Source: Bacteroidota bacterium
GTDB taxonomy: Bacteria; Bacteroidota; Bacteroidia; NS11-12g; UBA9320
Length of the DNA: 64,000 nucleotides
NCBI GenBank assembly: GCA_016124755.1
Contig: WGNA01000011.1
Span: 317,211 to 381,210, forward strand
Direction: 5' to 3'
A program made the position numbers and the translations under genes. Below are positions 41,045-49,523 of the stretch, piece after piece. Positions within the stretch are counted from its first letter, which is position 1. Each line of letters begins with the position of its first letter. The notes below the pieces were generated by a model. It ran no database searches. It worked only from the letters and a program-made list of their open reading frames with translations, and had not been told where the DNA came from.

Positions 41045-42995
41045 GAATTCTTCCGGATCGTAATTCTTCTGAAGCTTTCTGTTGAATATACAAGCGTTTT
41101 GCCGTTTCCCGAATTTCCCGTTGCATGCCGGTTTCATTAATCCGGATGGCGTTTTCAATATAATTTAATGCCTCGTACAACCGGATGTCGGTAAACGTTG
41201 CGCCCCGCATATTTTCCTTCATTAAAACTTTTAGCATTTCCGCTTTTTCATCATACGATTTAAAAAAGAAATCGTCGGGATTTTCCCACCAGATTTCGGG
41301 AAGATCGAAGTCGATTATTCGAGCGTCAACTGCTTTTTGAATATTTCTCAAATCTCGCGAAGAGAAAAACGGATATTGATTTAAAACGGCATTATAAAAT
41401 GCTCCGAAGAAATCCTGCGACTTCGGATCGAAATCTTTTTCGGCTTTTTTATAAATCCCTTTAATGTCGGAATTCGTGAATTGAAATTCTTTATTGACTA
41501 ATTCACCAATAGTTTCCGGTTCTTTTTGCGCATCCATATAATGATACGTTCGCGGATCGCTGGCATCGATAAATTTATCGTCGAGTTCACTGTATTTCTT
41601 CCACCACAAATAATCCTGATCGATAAAATCTTCGGGTGACGTGGCGCCGTTCATGGAAGCGCGCATCTGAATCCGGGATAAAACCGCTTTATCAACCTGA
41701 TCGGGAATATTGGTGAAAAGCGAAATCAAACGGTTTCCGTAATTGATGGCGTACGCACCTTCGGTATTCCGCAGAAAAACGCCGATAAATTCCCGAACGC
41801 CGGCCGATACACCTTGACGGGTTCGTTCTTCTAAATTGTTTTCTGCGTCATCAATGGGAGCGAAGATGATTTTTCCCGGATCCTGCATCGGTTTAAACCA
41901 CTCCATTGCCCGCTCGGCCGTTCCGCCCTGATAAGTCGAAACGATGTTTTCGGGAAGTGGCCAGAACAAAAACGGATAACCCAATTGCTCGCAGCGTTCT
42001 TCGAGAATGGTTGCCGTTGCTGCGATGAGCATACTTTTTCCGGTTCCGGGTTTGCCGTCGGCCATAGTGATGGAAGGCAATCCGCCCAACGCATTCATCG
42101 GATTTTTCTTCGCTTCAAAATCATAACAAAGCATCCGCTCGGCGTATCGCTTAAAGAGGTGCTTTGCCTGTTTGTTCGCCACAATGTCTTCCATCCTCGT
42201 GGGGTTGAAAGCCATTCCTTTAACCGAAACCGAAATCTGCTGATCAAATCCCTGAACGGTGAATTCCTCACCTTCGAGTTTGTAATGATTGTTCGTAAAA
42301 ATATCGGCGTATTTCAGAGCTTCACGGCGCATCTGAATTTCTTCTGCAAGTCGTTCGAAATACAAAGAAGTAATGCGCAATAAGTGCAGATCGGTGTTAA
42401 TGATTCCGGATCGTTCGAGATACGCTGCGTAATAATACAGCGAACATTGAATCGCTTTCGAAGGCCGCGTTAACGACACTTCGGGTATTCCACTAAAGTC
42501 AATATTGATGGAAGATTGTTCGTCTTCCTGAATGCTTTTTACTTTAAAAGCGATGTACGAAGCGGCGGTGTAGATGAGAATTGCCGACTGGGTTTGTGAC
42601 TTGTCGTGAAATTCGGGAAGGTCACTTTGATAAAGATTTCCGTCTTTATTTTTTTGCTGAAGAAGCTCTAACCCACTCGAAGTTCCATACAAATTCGAAA
42701 GATATTTTCCGATGCAATAACCCCGTCGAATTGCATTGAGAACCTGGTTGCAAACATTCGATAAAATTACCCGGTCGTCGCTGATGCGAACTGCATTTTT
42801 TAAAACCGACAACTGATCTTCCTCATTCCCGAGTGCTTTGGAAGCCTGGGTTAAAAAGGTAAGATCGATTTCTGATTTGGAAGATTTCCGGTCGGGCATC
42901 CAACCGACGGTTTTGAGATAGCCGGTGACTTCCTCGCGGAATTCGTGCAGGTTTTCGTTGCGTATTAGTAATAATGACGAATCATTCTTCTCCAT
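41037..42995 (-). CDS. AAA+ ATPase, classical clade (operon gene 3)
   Basis: Walker A GKPGTGKS, pore-loop IVSTYQG, Walker B IFAPIDDAE, sensor-1/SRH FTNIPDQVDKAVLSR, lid FSSRDLRNI. Confidence 0.9.
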   Translation of the reverse strand: MEKNDSSLLLIRNENLHEFREEVTGYLKTVGWMPDRKSSKSEIDLTFLTQASKALGNEEDQLSVLKNAVRISDDRVILSNVCNQVLNAIRRGYCIGKYLSNLYGTSSGLELLQQKNKDGNLYQSDLPEFHDKSQTQSAILIYTAASYIAFKVKSIQEDEQSSINIDFSGIPEVSLTRPSKAIQCSLYYYAAYLERSGIINTDLHLLRITSLYFERLAEEIQMRREALKYADIFTNNHYKLEGEEFTVQGFDQQISVSVKGMAFNPTRMEDIVANKQAKHLFKRYAERMLCYDFEAKKNPMNALGGLPSITMADGKPGTGKSMLIAATATILEERCEQLGYPFLFWPLPENIVSTYQGGTAERAMEWFKPMQDPGKIIFAPIDDAENNLEERTRQGVSAGVREFIGVFLRNTEGAYAINYGNRLISLFTNIPDQVDKAVLSRIQMRASMNGATSPEDFIDQDYLWWKKYSELDDKFIDASDPRTYHYMDAQKEPETIGELVNKEFQFTNSDIKGIYKKAEKDFDPKSQDFFGAFYNAVLNQYPFFSSRDLRNIQKAVDARIIDFDLPEIWWENPDDFFFKSYDEKAEMLKVLMKENMRGATFTDIRLYEALNYIENAIRINETGMQREIRETAKRLYIQQKASEELRSGRIHD

Positions 42996-44097
42996 GTTGT
43001 CGGGTATAGATGTATGGCGGTATCGATAATTTTTTGAGTTCTTCCGGGAAGCTCGAATTGAGGTGTTGCAGAACTCTGTGCGATGTGATCATGTACCGGA
43101 AAACCTTCGACACCATGCGGTCGATACATTCTTTATTCGCATCATCAACATAAAAAATCTGGCGCAATTCTCCTTTTGATAAAAAGCTTCCGGACTTTCG
43201 TTCGCCGGTTGAAAAAATCAGTTCGCTTTCGTAGGTGAAAATAAAATCATCGCGTTCAAATTCATCTTTCAACAGTTTCGTGAACGGATGTTCATCCATG
43301 GAATAATGCCCGTAAATCGGGCCGAAACCGGTGCGCTTCAGAATTTTCGGTTTAATGGATTCCCAGCCGTTATCGATGTCGGAAGCGATCACTTTCAACG
43401 GCGCTGAATTGTGGGTGATGTGCCGGATGTTCTCTTCGAAAAACTCCGAGAGTTTGTCTTCCGAGCGATTAACTTTTCCGGCCATCGGGTTGTCGAATAC
43501 CAACAGATAAACAAACGGACGGTTGGTCACCGAATCGAATGAAGCCCAACTGTACATAAACCGTCGGGTTTGTTCGGCATCGTTCAGATTTTTTATGAGT
43601 TGAAGTCTACCGGGAGAAAACTCGGTGAAGTGCGATTTTTTATAGAGATCCGTGTAATACTGAACCCGGCTCATTTGCTTTAACAGATTTTGCGGATGAG
43701 TTTTATTGCGGATGAGCGTATCGAGGATTTCATTTTTTAAAGAACCGGCTGCCGGAAGATCGTGGAGTTTTTCCTGTCGTTTTTCGATGTCGTCGTTCAG
43801 CCGTTTGAATTCCAGAAAATTCGGAAAGCCTGATTCGGTGGTGTCGACCAACATGGGCTGATCTTCACTAAAAGCGTATTTCATCCCGAATGCTTCGATC
43901 GTGTTCAAAAACCGTTGGGCAAAATCCTGTAACACCGAAATCTCGTACGGATTATCGCTCTGGATTTGCGGAATGGAACTCAGCAGCGAGTTGAGGGCAA
44001 ACCGAACATATTCGAAATAATCTTCGTATGCATTGTCGCCCACCAGAACACTGCGGTCGTATTCGGTGAAGTGATTCGTTATGTCGATCGTTTTCAA
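42982..44097 (-). CDS. Conserved hypothetical cytoplasmic protein (operon gene 2)
   Basis: 371-aa ORF, 14-nt overlap with the ATPase, no TM segments. Confidence 0.8.
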   Translation of the reverse strand: MKTIDITNHFTEYDRSVLVGDNAYEDYFEYVRFALNSLLSSIPQIQSDNPYEISVLQDFAQRFLNTIEAFGMKYAFSEDQPMLVDTTESGFPNFLEFKRLNDDIEKRQEKLHDLPAAGSLKNEILDTLIRNKTHPQNLLKQMSRVQYYTDLYKKSHFTEFSPGRLQLIKNLNDAEQTRRFMYSWASFDSVTNRPFVYLLVFDNPMAGKVNRSEDKLSEFFEENIRHITHNSAPLKVIASDIDNGWESIKPKILKRTGFGPIYGHYSMDEHPFTKLLKDEFERDDFIFTYESELIFSTGERKSGSFLSKGELRQIFYVDDANKECIDRMVSKVFRYMITSHRVLQHLNSSFPEELKKLSIPPYIYTRQHGEE

Positions 44098-44111
44098 GCC
44101 GGGCTCGACTT

Positions 44112-45485
44112 TCAGTCCATCAGGTTGTCAACCGAATCGTTACCGGATTTTTTGTTCTCCGGTTCCGGAGTCGGTTCGCCGCCGTCGCTTTCGTAATTAA
44201 AGGAGAAGGTTTCGCTCACATCGATTCCGAATTTACGGCTGTGCTCTTCCATAATTTTAGCGTCCTGCTCTTTGTATTTTGCGGTAGCTTCGGCCATGGC
44301 AACGAGAACTTTGTGAAGCTCGGCCATTCGCTCCGGTTGTTTTTTGATGCGTTGAATTCGGTCTTTTTCTGAACCCACAAACACCTTGGCAGCGATCTCG
44401 GTAATTTTCTGATCGGTCTTCACACCGGCTTCTTCATAAATGGAAGCCGCTTCCTGAGCCGTTGCGGATTGAATCAATTGCAAACCGGATTCATAAGTGG
44501 TTACCCTTTCTTCGGTGTCGCTTCGAAGCTGACCGATAAGTTGTTTGAGGTTGTTTTTGGTAGTGGTTTGCGCTTCGAGGTGAATTACAATCTGATCCAC
44601 AAAACGCTCTTTTGATTGGAATATACCGAGGGCCACGTTGTATTTGCCCTTGAGTTCGGCGCGCTGTTCACGGAGGTCGGCGATCTTTTTTTGTTGAGCG
44701 GTGTATTCCGGACTGTTGTTCGGCAATTCGATGAGTTCGTTTTCGGAAGTTTTGAGTCGCGCTTCGAGTTCGTCGAGTTCCTTTTTGCGCTCTTCCATTA
44801 TTCGGGCGGCTTTCTCTTTGGTTTCGAAAGCGAGTTCCTTCCGGTTTTTGAGAGCATCGATCTGCACCTCCACTTCGAGAATCATGTTCTCAACGATGGC
44901 CACCATTCCCTGAACCTGAGAAATAATCCGGTTGAGAGATTCCCCGATATCGGCATTTTTCAGCCTGTCGCGGTAACGTCGGTTTGCTTCGGCTTCGGCA
45001 GCTTTAAGCGCTTCCACTTTCGCTTCGAGTTCCGCTTTGGTTGAACGCACTTTCCGGTTTTTATATCCAAAGAGGATGTTCCAAGCGTTCGACATTTTGG
45101 TTGCGTCTTCGGCTTCTACTTCGGCTCTCTGACGCGCTTTGGTTGCATCCTGAACGAGTTTGGTTTCAGCGTCGTTCAGCTCCTGAAGTTTGGAAAACTC
45201 ACCTCCGCAACTGTCGAGCATAGCTCTGAGGTGGAGCATAAGTTCCTGAAGATCGGATTCGGTTTGATCTACATCTCCGTTGAGCGACTCGAAGTTCGAG
45301 TTGATTATTCCGGAAATAATGTCTTCAGAAGATTTGTTGCCCTGGGCTGCTTTTTCAATTTCAGCTTCAATTTTGTCGAGTTTGCTGACTACGCTTTCAC
45401 CCTTCTTTTTCTCGATCCGGGCTTTGAGTTCGGTAACTTTTTTGTCGTTGCCGAGTTGGTCGAGAAGATCAAAAGAATCTGCCAT
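44112..45485 (-). CDS. Long coiled-coil protein (operon gene 1)
   Basis: E/K/A/Q/L-rich helical sequence throughout. Start set at MADSFDLL because the track's TTG lies inside the -7 promoter element. Confidence 0.85.
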   Translation of the reverse strand: MADSFDLLDQLGNDKKVTELKARIEKKKGESVVSKLDKIEAEIEKAAQGNKSSEDIISGIINSNFESLNGDVDQTESDLQELMLHLRAMLDSCGGEFSKLQELNDAETKLVQDATKARQRAEVEAEDATKMSNAWNILFGYKNRKVRSTKAELEAKVEALKAAEAEANRRYRDRLKNADIGESLNRIISQVQGMVAIVENMILEVEVQIDALKNRKELAFETKEKAARIMEERKKELDELEARLKTSENELIELPNNSPEYTAQQKKIADLREQRAELKGKYNVALGIFQSKERFVDQIVIHLEAQTTTKNNLKQLIGQLRSDTEERVTTYESGLQLIQSATAQEAASIYEEAGVKTDQKITEIAAKVFVGSEKDRIQRIKKQPERMAELHKVLVAMAEATAKYKEQDAKIMEEHSRKFGIDVSETFSFNYESDGGEPTPEPENKKSGNDSVDNLMD

Positions 45486-45509
45486 CGTTTTTACGGTTGT
45501 TGTTTGTGC

Positions 45510-45517
45510 CAAAAGTA
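45510..45517 (-). promoter_or_regulatory. Bacteroidota -7 element of the six-gene operon
   Basis: TACTTTTG 24 nt upstream of ATG 45485. Confidence 0.6.
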
Positions 45518-45730
45518 AGGATTTCAGGTTTTTATACTACTGCTTCGCTGATTAACATAACCGAATGAATCGATTTGATTCGTCAATAGGGAATTCAATC
45601 TGGACAGGGAAGTAGTGTGTCTGAAAATCTAACTTATAATACCTATGATACGGAATGCAGAATGGAAAGTTACAGGGAGTTTTAGAATGTATTGGTTGGG
45701 TTATTATGTATTAGGGTAATTTTTGTAGGT

Positions 45731-45782
45731 GTAAATGGTATAGTAGGGGTAAGGCATGCCTTACCCCTACTATACCATTTAC
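45731..45782. repeat. Perfect 52-bp palindrome with GTAG-family REP core
   Basis: GTAAATGGTATAGTAGGGGTAAGGCATGCCTTACCCCTACTATACCATTTAC equals its own reverse complement. Confidence 0.9.
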
Positions 45783-45806
45783 CATTAAACAATAACATTC
45801 TTCAAT

Positions 45807-46229
45807 CTATTTTTTCAAAAACCAATTATCCAATTCCCAAAATTTATCTTTCATCAGACTTAAAGCAAATGCAGAGGCCGATGCGGCATATACAGAATAA
45901 TCGAAAGCGCCTTTTATTCCGGTGGAAAATGTCATGGACAAGGCAAAAAGTAACAGCAGAATTCCACTGAGTTTTGCAAATAGTTCCGTTTTAAATCCGG
46001 CCAGAAGTGCAATTGCAAAAGTGATTTCTGCGGCAGTAGCAATAATTGCCACAACTGGAATAAACGGTTTTGGAAACCACGGATTGATTAATTCGGTGTA
46101 GGCTAAAAAATTATCCCAATTCCCCCAAACCGAAATATCTTTATTCCAAAGCCCGAAACGGTCAGCAACGGCGGAGAGAAATCCGCATGAAATGGTAAGT
46201 CGGAGAAATAGTTTTATGAATTTGTGCAT
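45807..46229 (-). CDS. DoxX family membrane protein
   Basis: LFLRL...GFLSAVADRFG.W...WG.W..F..YT...AE pattern; four TM segments; start at MHKFIK. Confidence 0.8.
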   Translation of the reverse strand: MHKFIKLFLRLTISCGFLSAVADRFGLWNKDISVWGNWDNFLAYTELINPWFPKPFIPVVAIIATAAEITFAIALLAGFKTELFAKLSGILLLLFALSMTFSTGIKGAFDYSVYAASASAFALSLMKDKFWELDNWFLKK

Positions 46230-46248
46230 TGCATACTGTTTTACGTAT

Positions 46249-49200
46249 TCACCTATTGCTATCATAGTATTCCCATCCTGTGCCCTTACCATAATTAAAG
46301 TAGTAAGAGCCGAATAAAGGAAACAGGTCAATACTGTTCCTCCAAATCACTTCGTCGGAATTATAATTAATCTCACTAATATGAATTTTCTGTTGCAGGT
46401 ATCCGGTTTTGTATATGTCAGGTGTTTCCAGATGAGTCATTCCATCTGGTGCACACGAATTTTTAATGGCAGATATAGCTTCTAAATTTCCCTGATACCA
46501 AATTCCAATTTTATGATCATTATGATATTCTCCGGTTTCGGTTAAACGCCCCTGAGCATCGTAATAAAACCAAATTCCATTCTTTTTGCCATTTAGAATG
46601 GTGCCTTCTAATCTACGATTTCCGTTGTCATAATATTCATATACTTTACCGGAATTGTTTGTGATCAATTCTTTTCCGGTAGCATCCCACATGTTCAGAT
46701 AAAAGATATTTTCGAAACTCACATCCAGATCCAAATTGCATTGATATTGTTGAAAGGCAGAAAGCACCAATCCTTTTAATGACATGTTGCCATTGGGATG
46801 CCAGGCGGTTATTTTCCCATAATATTTGATAGAGTCTCCATTAACCGGGTTGAAATAAATTCCTGTGGAATAATCTATTTCTTTTAAAGGCCCACCGTTT
46901 ATATCCCAGTGTTTCCAGGTGCCTTTTTTATATCCATTACTAATTGTTCCCTCTGATGCTTTTATTCCGTTTTTGTAATAGAGAACATATTTTCCATTCT
47001 GTGTGTCATCGAATTGAAGTAAGCCATATTCTTCATTCAAAGAATTAATAAAAATAAGTTCTCTCAGGTCTTGCTTTAAAACAATGGGAAACTTTTCCGG
47101 GTTTTTATGGGTTTCAATAAATTCTTCTTCCAAATAAATGAGATCTGAATTCTCAAAATTAAATCTAGAGTCATAGTCATCACAAAATCCATTTATAAAT
47201 ATTGAGTGACCTGCGTAAAAAGCACTGTCCGCAATGCTATATACTACTTCGGCTTTTAATACTCCGGTTGAATAAAAATAGCGCACGGTATCAGTTAAAA
47301 ATCCATTTTCAATTCTTGCGGAAACCATGGTGTCGTCCAATCGGTTGCAGTACCAATATCTGCCTTGTGGAATGCCTTTATTTATAAATACGGATCCCCT
47401 TTCTTGGTAGGGAGTTCCGTACCATTTTAACCAGCCATCAACCGTGTCCTTGTGATAGTTTGTTTTGTAATCGATCTGACCGTTATTGCTAAATTTAATC
47501 CATTCTCCATCCAGTTGATTTCGTGTATAAGTGTTCAGGGAATACAGATCACGAAATGTTCCGTGCTTCTGCCCGTTCACATACGCACAACTGAATGTAA
47601 ACAAATTGGTAGTACCGTTACGCTTTTGATTTGAATAATGAACATAGTATTTCTCTTTATCAGTAAAAAATACAGATTCAACCAATCCGTTTTTTACAAA
47701 CAGGCGATAATTTACCGGATAGAAAAAAGCGTGATTTTTACAAATTTTCACATTTAATTCTAATGTGCTGGGGTTGGTTAGTACCATGGTGTAGGTCATT
47801 TCTGCTTCACTACTCTCAACAGTACTCAGATTAATGATTCCGGAAAAGGGTTTACCTTTAAGCCATATTTCATAGTTCAGTGTGTCAGCAGGTTGATATA
47901 GAATGCGGGCATGATGTAATACATGATCATATCTATTTGGATAAATCTTGCCCGGTTGGGTTTTTATTAAATACGAATAACGAATGCACAATTCATGATT
48001 TTGATCCCAATCATTAATTGTGACTTCCAAATTCGAAGTGAGGCTGTCTGAACGTCTATAGTTGAAATCTCTGCAATTTATCCCATTGTAAAAATTGTCA
48101 TAGAAGCCCAATCCTGAGTGAAGTACGTAATTGAATACCTTTCGATGTGAAAGTAAGTGGTTTGATCGATTATATTTTCTATCGGTAGAATTTGGGGAAT
48201 TCAGTTGGACTATGCCTATGCTATCGGGATATTTTAAATCCCAATACGACAGTTCCGAAGCATATTCACCGGATTCAGAAGAAAATAGCAGATTGCGATA
48301 TAAATACACTTTGGTTTTCTGAATCTCTTTTTTACCCATAAAAGTTTTTCTAAATTCTGTTGAATTCATGGTAAACAGATGTTTATCTATGTCTGAACCA
48401 GCGGAACTGAATTGAATGGTTTGATAAATTGATCCATTCTTTCTGTAAAAATGTATTGGGTTTAGCGTGTCGGAAGTTCTGAAATCATATTTAAATTCTA
48501 ACCGACCGTTTTTATGATATCTTGCCATAACAAGATTATCTGACCAGCTACTATTTATTGAAGCATTGGAAGCAAATATTTGACTATACAGGCAATTATT
48601 CCCTCCGTTCATTCGATATTGTTTTAAACTTCCGTCGTTGTGCCAGAAATATTCGTAACGATTAGAATCAGCACAATCAAGCGCTATCATCACGCCCTTT
48701 TTATTAAAACGGATGAATGTTGTGTCTTTTAATTGCGGAGTATGAATCGTTTTTATTTTTCCATTTTTGAAATAACTGATTTCTTTCATACTTAACTGAA
48801 CAAATTCGGTTTTCCCGTTCCTACTTGTTACCGTCGCAGTATCATAGAAAGATTCTTTCAAGATTCTTCCTTTCTCATCATATTTGACCAAACGTCCGTT
48901 AATAAATCCATCAGAAACATCGCATGAATAAAGGATGTGTTGTTTGTAGGTGAGCGTCATTGATCCATTAACAGTATCCGAATCGTAATGATAACTTAAG
49001 ACATATTTGTCGTGGAATATTTTCCAATCACCTGTTTTACGGTCACGATCGTATTGTCCGCTTTGAATTAGTTTCCCATCTTGATCATACCATTTAGCCG
49101 AACCGTTTTTCAAATTATCCCTGAAAGAAACTATTGCTGCGATGTGTGTTGTGTCCTTTTGTTTAATTCGCTCTTTAGCACCTGTTTTGCGAGCCTTTTG

Positions 49201-49458
49201 ATAATAAATAATATAATCTCCGTCGGGCATTATAAAGGGGTTGTAAAACAAATTATGCTCAAACTGAAATTTTAGTCCAGTTGTGTAATTAAAATTCATG
49301 GTTTCAATACCGCTGGTGAACCATGGTTTGACACGTGCCGGATAAACAGAATATTCAATCCCCTGAAATTTTGCTTTTGGAATAATCAACTGTGCCCGCA
49401 CCACTTGACTATTGAAAATAATTGAAAGGATAAAAGTGATGCGGATTGCCCTGATCAT
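46249..49458 (-). CDS. Large exported MORN-variant/YwqK-repeat protein, paralogue 3
   Basis: Signal peptide MIRAIRITFILSII; repeats such as YYKNG..ASEG...NG.KKG.W; collinear with the other two paralogues. Confidence 0.8.
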   Translation of the reverse strand: MIRAIRITFILSIIFNSQVVRAQLIIPKAKFQGIEYSVYPARVKPWFTSGIETMNFNYTTGLKFQFEHNLFYNPFIMPDGDYIIYYQKARKTGAKERIKQKDTTHIAAIVSFRDNLKNGSAKWYDQDGKLIQSGQYDRDRKTGDWKIFHDKYVLSYHYDSDTVNGSMTLTYKQHILYSCDVSDGFINGRLVKYDEKGRILKESFYDTATVTSRNGKTEFVQLSMKEISYFKNGKIKTIHTPQLKDTTFIRFNKKGVMIALDCADSNRYEYFWHNDGSLKQYRMNGGNNCLYSQIFASNASINSSWSDNLVMARYHKNGRLEFKYDFRTSDTLNPIHFYRKNGSIYQTIQFSSAGSDIDKHLFTMNSTEFRKTFMGKKEIQKTKVYLYRNLLFSSESGEYASELSYWDLKYPDSIGIVQLNSPNSTDRKYNRSNHLLSHRKVFNYVLHSGLGFYDNFYNGINCRDFNYRRSDSLTSNLEVTINDWDQNHELCIRYSYLIKTQPGKIYPNRYDHVLHHARILYQPADTLNYEIWLKGKPFSGIINLSTVESSEAEMTYTMVLTNPSTLELNVKICKNHAFFYPVNYRLFVKNGLVESVFFTDKEKYYVHYSNQKRNGTTNLFTFSCAYVNGQKHGTFRDLYSLNTYTRNQLDGEWIKFSNNGQIDYKTNYHKDTVDGWLKWYGTPYQERGSVFINKGIPQGRYWYCNRLDDTMVSARIENGFLTDTVRYFYSTGVLKAEVVYSIADSAFYAGHSIFINGFCDDYDSRFNFENSDLIYLEEEFIETHKNPEKFPIVLKQDLRELIFINSLNEEYGLLQFDDTQNGKYVLYYKNGIKASEGTISNGYKKGTWKHWDINGGPLKEIDYSTGIYFNPVNGDSIKYYGKITAWHPNGNMSLKGLVLSAFQQYQCNLDLDVSFENIFYLNMWDATGKELITNNSGKVYEYYDNGNRRLEGTILNGKKNGIWFYYDAQGRLTETGEYHNDHKIGIWYQGNLEAISAIKNSCAPDGMTHLETPDIYKTGYLQQKIHISEINYNSDEVIWRNSIDLFPLFGSYYFNYGKGTGWEYYDSNR

Positions 49459-49523
49459 TGATGTTTTAGCTGAACTATGTAGAAAGAGGTGGGGAGTAAT
49501 AAAGGTCTTGAAATTTACCATTC

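Noticed and set aside
44112-45485. SMC/SbcC or Wadjet-type ATPase
   Set aside because: No Walker A or ABC signature at the termini; it is a coiled coil without a head domain.
45692-45970. 92-aa ORF
   Set aside because: Runs through the palindrome and antisense into the DoxX gene.
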